Below are positions 41,416 through 50,925 of a stretch of DNA of 64,000 nucleotides, in pieces; within the stretch, counting starts at the first letter, position 1; each line of letters opens with the position of its first letter. The stretch lies in the NCBI GenBank assembly GCA_963789925.1, contig CAWBMQ010000006.1, positions 231,378 through 295,377 on the forward strand. Direction: 5' to 3'. A model generated the notes under the pieces. The model had not been told where the DNA came from, ran no database searches, and saw nothing but the letters and a program-made list of their open reading frames with translations. Made by a program: the position numbers and the translations under genes. Origin of the DNA: an uncultured Gemmatimonadales bacterium. GTDB taxonomy: Bacteria; Gemmatimonadota; Gemmatimonadetes; Gemmatimonadales; GWC2-71-9.

Positions 41416-42706
41416 GTGCGCGCTGTCCCTTCCTACGACGGCGCCGGTGGCGCCGTCGTTCGTTTGGAGGGCGGCTCGACGCCGAGGGGGCGCTCGAGCT
41501 GGAGGAAATCCTTGCGCAGTTCCTGCGTGAAGGGAGTGCGGACCGCCACCATCGACATGAGCCGGGTGTCGTACATGAGCACGCCGGCACTGCACGTACT
41601 GGCGCGGGGCGGCCACGAGTTCGCGACAGTGAAGGGCGAGTTCGGGTCGCGGGCCCAGCGAGGCGATCCAGCGGCAGCTCGACGCCGCCGACCTGACGAA
41701 GTCGCTGGTGCTGGGGGTGGAGGTGCCGCGGCCCCCGAGCGGCCGGCATTCGTCGGGCGGCCTCAACTCCCTGCGTGAGCACCAGCGAGTGGCGGGTGGC
41801 AGGGAAGCTAGCGCAGTTGGTCAGGACTGTATGAGAGCGCGGCACGGAGCCCCGGTGCGAGCCTCACCTGCCGGGTACACGGCGACGCCGGCTGGCTGCA
41901 GCGGGGCTACGATCGATCCGGAGCGCGCGAGCACCGTCCGGGTCGGCGAGGATGCGTTCGGCCTCGGCATCGGCGCGATCGGCGGTCAGTTCACCGACGC
42001 GGCACCGCGCATGGGCGAACTGATCGCGGCCGCCGGCGTGGTGGCGTACCAGCCCACCGAAGGTGGCAGCGTCCCCGATTATCTCATCGGCACGGCGGAG
42101 CAGCCGGCCTCCGCGGTACTGGGTAGCGGGCTCATGTGCGAGGGCGGGTTCGAGACACTGAGCCGCTTCAGCCAAGCGGCCAGCGGGCCGGCCGGTGCCG
42201 CTCTCGGAGCTGGCGCGAGTGTGCCTCGACCACTCGTCGTCGCCGACGGCGGGCGTGGTGATGCTGGTGGAGGTGGCGGGGCTGGTGGGTGCGCGGCTCC
42301 GGCGCTCGCCGGGGGACCCGGCGCGCCCGGTGCGACTTCACGCATGCCCGAGGTGCGCGACTGCGTTTAGCATCACGCCGGAGCGGGTGCACGAGGGGAC
42401 GGTGGCGGTGGTGGCGGGCGTCGTGTCGCGCAGCCCGACGCGCGCCTGGCGCCGCTGCTCCGCCCGGTCGGGATTTCGAGCGACCTGGTGGGCCACTTCC
42501 ATGCCGCGGTGTTCGAGTTCCGCCCGGTGCCGCTCCGCACCGTGGCGCTTCGCCCGCTCATGACGAAGTACTTCTCCCAACAGCCGCTCCGCGCGGTCAT
42601 GCACCTGCTGCAGGACGATCGCGGTGCCGTGGGTGCGGGCGAGAGTGCGTTCCAGCGGGGCATCTGCTGGGTGTCGCCGATCACGGCGATCGAGGGGGGC
42701 GCATGA
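41416..42706 (+). pseudogene. STAS-domain region followed by a ~300-aa region of unknown function (one or two genes), at least 6 frame breaks
   Basis: Frame-hopping read: AVVRLEG / RLDAEGALELEEILAQFLREG / VRTATIDMSRVSYMSTPALHVLARGGHEFATVKGE / RVAGP / EAIQRQLDAADLTKSLVLG, an anti-sigma-antagonist-like STAS pattern. Then ..VAYQPTEGGSVPDYLIGTAEQPAS..GLMCEGGFETLSRF / VPLSELARVCLDH..AGVVMLVEVAGLVGARLRRSP / ..ITPERVHEGTVAVVAGVV / LVGHFHAAVFEFRPVP..LRAVMHLLQDDRG..GESAFQRGICWVSPI. The stop overlaps the permease ATG (ATGA). Confidence 0.5.
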
Positions 42707-43638
42707 ACCTCCTCGTCGGCGCGCTCTCCATGGGCCTGGTGCTCTCCCTGCTCGGGCTCGGCGTCTACATCTCCTATCGCGTGCTGGACACCTTCGACCT
42801 GACGGTCGACGGGTCGTTCGCGTTCGGGGCCGTCGATCGCGGGCGTGCTGCTGACCCGGGGGATGGGCTCGTTCTGGGCATCAGCGGCGGGATTCGTGGC
42901 GGGAATGGTGGCCGGCACAGTATCGGGAATGATCCATCGGCGGCTGGGCGTGAGCCGGCTCCTCTCGGGACTGCTGGTGGCGACGGCACTCTACTCGCTC
43001 GACCTGCTGATCATGGGCGGCGGCGACATCTCGCTCGCCTCGACGCGGACGCTGCCGACGCAGGCATTCGCATGTGGCAGACGTTCGGCGGGCCGGAATC
43101 GGGTGCCACGATCTTCGGCATCGAGGTGAGTGCGCGGACGCTCGCCACCTTCCTGGCGATGCTGCCGGCGGTGGGAACAGCGGTGTTCCTGGTGGACCGC
43201 TTCTTCCGCACCAAGCTCGGCCTCGCCATGCGCGCGACCGGCGACAATGCCCAGATGGCGCGCTCGATGGGGGTCGACGACGCGATGGTGTTCATCGCGG
43301 GGCTCGCGGTATCGAACGGCCTCGTGGGCCTGAGTGGCGCGCTGTTCGCGCAGTACCAGGGGTTCGTCAGCATCCAGATGAGCATCGGCAACCTGGTGAC
43401 GGGCCTCGCCGCCGTGGCGATCGACGAGGGTCTGCTGCGGGGACGGTCGATGAGTGCGCGCATCGGCGGGGTGGTGCTGGGCTCGATCCTCCTGCGCCTG
43501 GTGGTGGCGGCCGCGATTGCGGCCGGCCTCCCGGCCAACACGCTCAAGCTCGTCACGGCGGTGCTGGTGCTGCTGGTGCTGGTCATTCCCGATCTCGTGC
43601 GGCGGCGCCGGCTCGCCCCGGAGGCTCGCAATGGCTGA
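42703..43638 (+). pseudogene. ABC transporter permease (COG4120 / BPD_transp_2 type), two frame breaks
   Basis: MNLLVGALSMGLVLSLLGLGVYISYRVLDTFDLTVDGSFAFGA and ..FFRTKLGLAMRATGDNAQMARSMGV..GLSGALFAQYQGF.. are in ORF 42289..43638. The middle part IAGVLLTRGMGSFWASAAGFVAGMVAG..LYSLDLLIMGG is in ORF 42845..43129. Junctions are near 42832 and 43065. Confidence 0.8.
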
Positions 43639-44525
43639 GTCTGCGCCCGCGCCGGACGACATGCGCCACGGCTTCCAGTACGGGGTGCCGGCCGAGGGAG
43701 GCATCCCGGCGCTCGAGGTGCGGCATCTGAGCCAGACCTTCGAACGTGGCTCCGCGAACGAGGTGCACGCGCTGATTGACGTGAGCCTGACGCTGGCGGC
43801 GGGCGACTTCGTCACCGTGGTAGGGATGAACGGCTCGGGCAAGTCGACGCTGCTCAACCTCGTGGCGGGCGCGTTCCGACCCGATTCGGGCACGATCAAG
43901 CTCGACGGTGTCGACGTGACGAAGCAGGACGAGCACCGGCGCGCGCGTCATGTCGGGCCGCGTGTTCCAGGATCCGCTCAAGGGCACGGCGCCGAACCTC
44001 ACGGTCGCGGAGAACCTGTCGCTCGCGCTCGACCGGGAGCGGAGCCCGTTCGCCCTGCGCTGGGCGCTCACCTCGGCCCGGCGGGAGGAGCTGCGCGAGC
44101 GGGTGCGATCACTGCACCTCGGCATGGAAGACCGCCTCGATGCGAAGATGGGGACACTCTCGGGCGGGGAGCGCCAGGCGCTGACACTGCTCATGGCGAC
44201 GCTGGTGAAGCCGAGCCTGCTGCTGCTCGACGAGCACACGGCGGCCCTGGATCCGCGAAGCGTGGAGCAGGTGGTGAAGCTGACGGAACGCGTGGTATCG
44301 AGCCAGCGCCTCACGACGCTCATGGTGACGCACTCGATGCACCAGGCGGTGCGGCTGGGCGACCGGGTGCTCATGATGCACCGGGGCCGGGTGGTGCGGG
44401 AAATCCGTGGCCGGGAAAAGCAGCAGCTCAGGGTGGAGAGCCTGCTGGCGACCTTCGACCAGCTGCGGAGCATGGAGCTCCTCGACGAGTCGGCGGCGGA
44501 CATGTTGAGGCGACTGTATGTGTGA
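43631..44525 (+). pseudogene. ABC transporter ATP-binding protein (COG1101 type), one frame break at the GGG run 43955-43957
   Basis: Walker A GMNGSGKST is in the first frame. GRVFQDP, signature LSGGERQAL, Walker B LLLLDEHTAALD and H-loop MVTHSM are in ORF 43950..44525. Confidence 0.85.
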
Positions 44526-44528
44526 TGA

Positions 44529-44598
44529 AGCGGGAAGCGGGACTGCAATTTCGTGAGGGGGAACTGCAACGGGGTGAGGGTGGGGGTGAGGGGGTTAC
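44529..44598 (+). repeat. G-tract repeat block including a second copy of the GGGTGAGGGTG.GGGTGAGGGGG.TTACC element
   Basis: Sequence is gcgggaagcgggactgcaatttcgtgagggggaactgcaacggggtgagggtgggggtgagggggttacc. The terminal TTA is the stop codon (complement) of GT25 copy 2. Confidence 0.85.
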
Positions 44599-45356
44599 CT
44601 CGCGAATTGAAGGATCTTGTCGAAGAAGGGGCGGAGGTAGAGCTGGAAGGCCTTGCGGGCCAGCCAGCGGGGGCGGCGCGCGAGACCGGTACGCTTCTGC
44701 GACAGCATCGAATCGAATTTCCCGTTGATGCTGCCCTGTTCGGCAATCGCGGGATGACGCCACCAGAGTTCCACTTCGCCCGACTGAAAGAGGATATTGT
44801 GAAAGAACGGCGTGGCGACGCTCACCTTCGTCGTCTCCGCCTTCGCCAGGAAGCGCTCCGCCACCACGCGCGAAAGCCAGTACGCCCCGGTTTCCCGCCC
44901 GTGCTCGCTGCGATAGAGCGTCCGCCCTGGCTCGACCTTCTCGCGCCTTTCGATCCGGACCAGCCCTGAGTTCTCGAGAGAGATGAACGCCTCGCCGGCC
45001 CGGGTGTCGGGGCGCTCACGCAATTCCCGCAGGCTGGCATTCACTGCCTCGACGAAATCATGTGCCAGGAAGATGTCGTCCTCGAGCACGAGGGCGTCGT
45101 TCCAGCCGTCCCGGATCATGCGCTGGTAGGCAATGAGGTGCTTGCTGCAGCAGGAGGTGCGCGGCTGCACGCACTTCATCGGCCCGTCGAACCAGCGGTC
45201 GAGCCACTCGGGCGTGAGGTCCTTCATGTCTCCCTCGAGCACGTACTCGAAGTCGATGCCGAGGCGGGCGAGCTGTCGCTCGATGGAGGCGGCACGGTCC
45301 TCCGCCCCGGTGCTGACATGAATGACGTAGACCCGATCGACCTCGAGCCGGGCCAT
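44595..45356 (-). CDS. Glycosyltransferase family 25 (LPS/LOS beta-1,4-galactosyltransferase-like), intact copy
   Basis: ATG 45356 lies 1 nt after the U32 stop. MARLEVDRVYVIHVSTGAEDRAASIERQLARLGIDFEYV, ALVLEDDIFLAHDF, WWRHPAIAEQGS. Confidence 0.75.
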   Translation of the reverse strand: MARLEVDRVYVIHVSTGAEDRAASIERQLARLGIDFEYVLEGDMKDLTPEWLDRWFDGPMKCVQPRTSCCSKHLIAYQRMIRDGWNDALVLEDDIFLAHDFVEAVNASLRELRERPDTRAGEAFISLENSGLVRIERREKVEPGRTLYRSEHGRETGAYWLSRVVAERFLAKAETTKVSVATPFFHNILFQSGEVELWWRHPAIAEQGSINGKFDSMLSQKRTGLARRPRWLARKAFQLYLRPFFDKILQFAR

Positions 45357-45357
45357 G

Positions 45358-47835
45358 CTACACCGCCCGGGCGAAGTGTCCGCGGGTGAAGGCGCCACCG
45401 CTGAGCGCGCGGATGGCGCGTGCGTCGGGCCGGCTGCCGGCCGCGACGGCATCGATCGCCTCCCGGTAGGCCGCCGTCACCCCGGCCACGCCGTCGCCGG
45501 GGACGTTGAACACCAGGCGGAATGCCCGGAAGCCATGGCGCCAGAGGGCCGGCAGGTACTCCGAGGCATCGACCGGCCGTGAGTGAAGCAGGCGATTACG
45601 GCAGGCGGAGTCGGTGGCAACCGGGAAGACGTATCCTGCCGGATCGGTGAGCTCGACGTTGGCGTGCTTCTGCACGCAGAGGTCGCGGCAGGTGGTGACG
45701 ACGCGATCAAATGCGGCGGACAGGACGCAGTGCTCCAGCGTCATGCCCTCGGGACGCCCGTACACGAACACCTCGAAGCCGGCGCCTTCCCAGGGTGCCG
45801 CGACCTGGGCCATCTCCTCGACGGTGAGCTCGATCGACGGGACGATGCGGCGCGCGCCGAGCCGGAAGATCTCGGCGGCGGTGTGCTGGTTGAAGCAGTT
45901 CACGGCGTAGTCGGCCACCACGTCGCGACCGGCGCGCGCGAGCTCGGCGACCAGTCCCAGGTGCCCGCTCACGATCGGGGTGCCGAGGGCGAGCCACTTG
46001 TCGAGTGTCTTCCGCTCCTCGGGGCGCACGATCGTCGGGGTGCGAAGGCGCAGGGTCTTGCCGGCGGCGGCGAGTTCCTCGATGAGCGCCCTGACCCGCG
46101 TCGTGGGAGGGGTGGGATGGCGCAGGAAGACGTCGAGGGAGATCTCGTCGGCATGAGGCGCTGCAGCACGGGCCTGGTCGATGGAGAAAACCTCGGCGAC
46201 CAGCAGCGCCTGGCGTGCGGACGGGAGGGCGTGAGGACGTGAGGCGAGAGCCGCTTCGATTGATGCCTCGCGCTCCGCCATGCGGGTCGCGCCGGCCGTC
46301 GCGCGGAACTCCAGCAACTGCTTCACCGCGAGCTGGCGGAGCTCGTTGAGCTCGCTCACCGGCAGGAACACGTTGCCGTCCAGCCCGGAGATGTCGAGCG
46401 CGCCAAGCACGAAGGGCGTCTCGCCCAGCCGACCGAGCTGCTCGCGGAGGCGGGAGGCGTCGAGCGGTCGCTTCTCGGCCACGCCGAGGGGCATGGCACT
46501 CTGGAGGGTGACGCTGTCCTCCCCGGCGGTGCACGTGAAGGTGAGCGGCGACCCGGCGCTGCCGCTCACGGTCGCATCGAGCCGGATGCGTGGTGCGTCG
46601 GCGTGCTTCTCGACGCCGGCGAACGATGCGCGTGCTTCCGTGAGCAGGGACGCTTGTGATGACCGTACCACGACCCAGCCGGCGGCGACCTTCTCGTCGG
46701 CGGGGATGGCCTGGGTGATGTGACCTTTGCGCGTCGAGATGGTGCGCACCCGGGTCACGGCGAACCCGGTATTGCCGCGGGCCGACCCGTCCGGATGCTC
46801 GAAGCCGAGGCCGTCACCCACACCAATCGGCTCGGTGACGGAGAGGACGAGCTCACTCCCCTCGGTACCGATGACCGTGCCCAGCACGGCGCCGCGATTG
46901 TCGGGCTGGTTGCGGGTGATGTAGTCGCGTCCCGCGCGGCCGCCGTACATCCCGCCGGTGAAGCCCCGTGAGAAGATCTGCACCAGCGGTTGCGTTTCCG
47001 CCTGGGTCGGGGGGGCCCAGTGCCCCTCGGCGAGCCGGTCGAGGAAGTTGCGATAGGTATGGGTGACCGTCGCGACATACTCCGGCTTCTTCTTCCGTCC
47101 CTCGATCTTGATGCAGCCGATGCCGGCATCGGCGATGCCCTCGAGATGCTCGGCGGCCGAAAGATCCTTCGCCGAGATGAGGTAGCCGCGATCGAGCTCG
47201 GCACCGTCGGTCTTGTCGTTCAGGACGTAGTCCTTGCGGCAGGACTGGGCGCAGGCGCCACGGTTGGCGCTCCGCTCCGAGATCATCCCCGACATGTAGC
47301 ACTGGCCGGAATAGGCGATGCAGAGCGCGCCGTGGATGAAGCTCTCGAGGCCCAGACCCGGCACCGCCTCACGGATGGCCTGGATGTCCTCGAGGGTGTT
47401 CTCTCGCGCGAGCACGACGCGATCGATGCCCAGTTCCTGCATCACCCGGGCGCCGGCCTGGTCGTGCACCGTCATCTGGGTGGAGCCGTGAATCTCGAGC
47501 GCGGGATAGACCTGCTGGATGAGACGTACCGCCCCGATGTCCTGGACGATGGCCGCGTCGATGCCGCGATCGATGCAGTCACCCAGGTGGAGCAGCGCAT
47601 CGCGCAGCTCCGCCGGCTTCATGAGGACGTTGAACGTGAGGTAGATGCGGGCACCACGGGCATGCGCGAGAAGGCAGGCCTGTTCCAGCTCGTCCATGGT
47701 GAGCTGCGCCCCGTCGTCGCGGGCGTTGAATCGCTCGGCGCCGAGATACACGGCGTTGGCCCCGTTGGCGAGGGCGGCACGGGCCGCGTCGAGGGAGCCC
47801 GCGGGGGAAAGCAGCTCTGGAACTGGTCGGCTCAT
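45358..47835 (-). CDS. Double-domain peptidase-U32-family protein (probable Fe-S enzyme rather than protease)
   Basis: MSRPVPELLSPAGSLDAARAALANGANAVYLG, IHGSTQMTV, and the Cys cluster C-IAYSGQ-C-x15-C-AQS-C. A second U32-like half lies from about aa 560. The ORF track starts at TTG 47844; ATG 47835 is preferred. Confidence 0.85.
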   Translation of the reverse strand: MSRPVPELLSPAGSLDAARAALANGANAVYLGAERFNARDDGAQLTMDELEQACLLAHARGARIYLTFNVLMKPAELRDALLHLGDCIDRGIDAAIVQDIGAVRLIQQVYPALEIHGSTQMTVHDQAGARVMQELGIDRVVLARENTLEDIQAIREAVPGLGLESFIHGALCIAYSGQCYMSGMISERSANRGACAQSCRKDYVLNDKTDGAELDRGYLISAKDLSAAEHLEGIADAGIGCIKIEGRKKKPEYVATVTHTYRNFLDRLAEGHWAPPTQAETQPLVQIFSRGFTGGMYGGRAGRDYITRNQPDNRGAVLGTVIGTEGSELVLSVTEPIGVGDGLGFEHPDGSARGNTGFAVTRVRTISTRKGHITQAIPADEKVAAGWVVVRSSQASLLTEARASFAGVEKHADAPRIRLDATVSGSAGSPLTFTCTAGEDSVTLQSAMPLGVAEKRPLDASRLREQLGRLGETPFVLGALDISGLDGNVFLPVSELNELRQLAVKQLLEFRATAGATRMAEREASIEAALASRPHALPSARQALLVAEVFSIDQARAAAPHADEISLDVFLRHPTPPTTRVRALIEELAAAGKTLRLRTPTIVRPEERKTLDKWLALGTPIVSGHLGLVAELARAGRDVVADYAVNCFNQHTAAEIFRLGARRIVPSIELTVEEMAQVAAPWEGAGFEVFVYGRPEGMTLEHCVLSAAFDRVVTTCRDLCVQKHANVELTDPAGYVFPVATDSACRNRLLHSRPVDASEYLPALWRHGFRAFRLVFNVPGDGVAGVTAAYREAIDAVAAGSRPDARAIRALSGGAFTRGHFARAV

Positions 47836-47840
47836 GGCGC

Positions 47841-50685
47841 TCAAAATAGCGCCGGGCGCCCTGCCGGGCGACCCTCCACCGCCGGCCGCCCTCGGGGGCG
47901 ACCTAGATGACCATCGGGCGGGACGAGCCGGGAAGATCGATCGGCCAGTGCGTTCTCCAGCTGGGTGGCGGTGAGCGCGGTCGAAAAGTGGTAGCCCTGG
48001 CCCATGCTGCAGCCGAGCTCGAGCAGGGCAGCCACCTGGGCGGGTGTCTCGATGCCCTCGGCGATGGTGCGGAGCTTCAGCGTGTCGCCCAGGCCGATGA
48101 TGGCACGGGCCAGGGCCGACTTGTCGGGCCCGGCACCGAGCTCCTCGATGAACGGCTTCGCGATCTTGAGGATGTCGATCGGGAACCGCTGCAGGTAGCT
48201 GAGCGACGAGTAGCCGGTGCCGAAGTCGTCGATGGCGAGCTGCACGCCAAGCGCCTTGAGCTGGCGCAGCCGCTCGAGCACCATCGGCGTCTCCTGCATG
48301 AGGACACTCTCGGTGATCTCCAGCACGAGCGCACCGGGATCGATGCGGGTTTCCGCGAGGGCGACGCGCACGTCCTCCACGATGTTGTGCTCGTGGAGCT
48401 CGCGGCCGGAGATGTTCACCGCCACCGTGAGCTGGAGGGCCGGATGCTCCCGGCGCCAGCGACCGGCCTGCCGGCAGGCCTCGTGCAGCACCCAGCTGCC
48501 GACCTTCGTGATGAGCCCGGTCTCCTCGGCGAGGGGGATGAAGTGCTGCGGGAGAAGGTGGCCGAACTGCGGATGCTCCCAGCGCACCAGCGCCTCGACA
48601 CCGGTCATGGTGCCGGTTCGGAGGGAGACGATCGGCTGGTAGTGGAGCACCAGCTCACCCTTCTCCAGGGCGCGGCGCAGGGCGCGCTCGAGCTCGAGGC
48701 GATGGCGCACATCGGACGACATCTGCGAGGCGTAGGCCTCGAAGCGGCCCTTGCCGGCGCGCTTGGCGGCATACATCGCGGTGTCGGCGTTGCGGAGCAC
48801 CTCGCTCACGCTCTCGCCCGCCGAGGCGGCGGCGATACCGACACTGGCGGTGACGAACACTTCGTTGCCGCTCAGCATGAAGGGCTGCGCCATGGAGGTG
48901 GTGAGCCGCTCGATGAGGGTCTGCTGTTCCTCGGGTCCGGTGGAATCCTCGATCAGGATGGCAAACTCGTCGCCGCCGAGCCGGGCGACGGTATCGGCGG
49001 CACGGGCGCAGGAGCGGAACCGCTCGGCGGCCAGCACCAGCAACTTGTCGCCCTCACCGTGACCAAAACTGTCGTTGACCTTCTTGAAGTCATCGAGATC
49101 GAGGAAGAGCACGGTGATGGCGTGCCGCTGCCGCTTCGCGAGCTTGAGCGCGTGATCCACCCGGTCGCGGAAGAGGGCGCGGTTGGCCAGCCCGGTGAGC
49201 GGGTCATGGAAGGCCTGGTGCAGCAACTGCTGCTCGAAGCGCTTTCGCTCCGAGACGTCGCGAGTGTTGAGTACGATGCCGTTGACGATCGGGTCGCCCA
49301 GCAGGTTGGTGGCGATGATCTCGGCATGGAGCGAGGCACCGTCAGCCTGCTGGAAGCCGCCACTCGGAGGGGGCACTCACGCCGTGGGCGAGCGTCGCCT
49401 CGCGGAAGCAGGACTCGGCACGGGAGCGGTCGTCGGCGTCGATGAGGTCGAAGAGCGACTGACCGACGAGTGCAGTCGGGTCATAGTGCAGCACGCGCGA
49501 CGCGGAGGGGCTCACGAAGGTGATCGTGCCGCCCGCGTCGACCAGGAGGATGACGTCGGACGAGTTCTGGACCAGGGACCGGAAGCGTGCCTCGCCCTGG
49601 CGGGCGGCGGTTTCCTCCAGCAGCCGCACGTTCTGGCGCACGGCAACCACCTGCCGGATGACCATGAGGAGGGTGATTGCCGTAGCGCCAATCACCAGCC
49701 CGCTGATGGGATCACTCCAGGGATGCACGCCATTCGCGACGAGGAGCCAGAAGATGGCGGCGGCCGCGAGATAGGGGAGCGGGCTCAGGACCTGGGCCCG
49801 CGGCTCCTGGTCGGCATTGGTCCAGCCCTTCGCTACCGGGCGCTTCCAGTAGAGCTCGGCACTGGCGATGAGAAGGAGGTACGAAAGCAGGTACACGCTA
49901 TCGGTCCAGCTGGCGCTGCGCTCACCGGTCTCGAGCAGGACAAGGTCGAAGGCGAGATCGCTCACGATGCTGACGAGAATGCCGCCCACCAGGCAGCTGA
50001 ATGCCTCGCGATTCTTGTCGAGCGGCCCGCGCAACAGCACCGTCGTGATGCCGAGGAGCAGCATCAGGCTGGCGAGCGGGAAGGCATAGGTGAGCAGCGT
50101 CAGGGTCGCGCTGTCGCCGTGTGCCTCGGCGCTTGGCCGGATGGCGAAGTACCAGACGAGCACGAAGCCCCCGGCGAGCACCATGGCGGCGTCGAGGACC
50201 AGCTTCCAGCGCTCCACGCGAATGCGGCGGCTGAGGGGAAACATCAGCAGCGCGATGAGAAGCAGGACGCTGTCGGACAGGTAGAAGAAATCGGCCGGCG
50301 ACGCCGTCGGCTTGGACTGCAGCACGAGGAGATACCAGACCGAGATGCAGTTGCCGATGAAGACGCTCATGGCCCCGAAGGCGCAGACCCGCAGCGCCCG
50401 GCGGACCCCGGCGTCGAGCACGGTCTGGCGGGAGGCGAGCCAGTTGAGGACCGCGACGGCCAGGTTGAGCGGCATGAAGGCGACGTTGCCGAGAAGGGCG
50501 CGCAGGTCCTGGCTGCCGATTCCGGCCCGCTCGTAGACCAGGTACGCGAGGCCGTAGGCCGCGGCGAGAGCCGTTACGATCCCTACCGGGTTCGAACGGA
50601 TCCGGGCGGCTGTTGGCAGCGCGTCTTCTTGGCGCAACGAGGTCATCGGGCTCCGGGAGTTGCAGACCGCAACAGCGCGACTCAT
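47841..50685 (-). pseudogene. Multi-TM sensor with PAS, GGDEF and EAL domains; one frame break near 49352
   Basis: ORF 49342..50685 holds about 8 TM segments plus the PAS start (FRSLVQNSSDVILLVDAGGTITFVSPS..). ORF 47841..49376 holds the PAS end (QQADGASLHAEIIATNLL..), RAAD-x5-GGDEF, and EALVRWEHP, NISGREL, EITES, DDFGTGYSSLSYL, EGIET. Confidence 0.88.
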
Positions 50686-50925
50686 CTGGGCGTATCCGGA
50701 CTAGCAGAAAGCAAGAACGCGGCCACGCGGCTCGGCAGCGTATCGGGGTTGGTAGCGCTGGCCAAGATTCGGGGGGATAACGGTTTGGGCGACGCGCGCG
50801 CGCCGCGCGCGGCAGCCGCTGCCTGAGCGATTTCGTGACCCTCCAACCTGCCCCGACCGGCGTCCCAAGCCTTACCCGACCCACGCCCCGACCCTAGGTT
50901 TGCTCACCCTCGATCCGGAGCTTCG

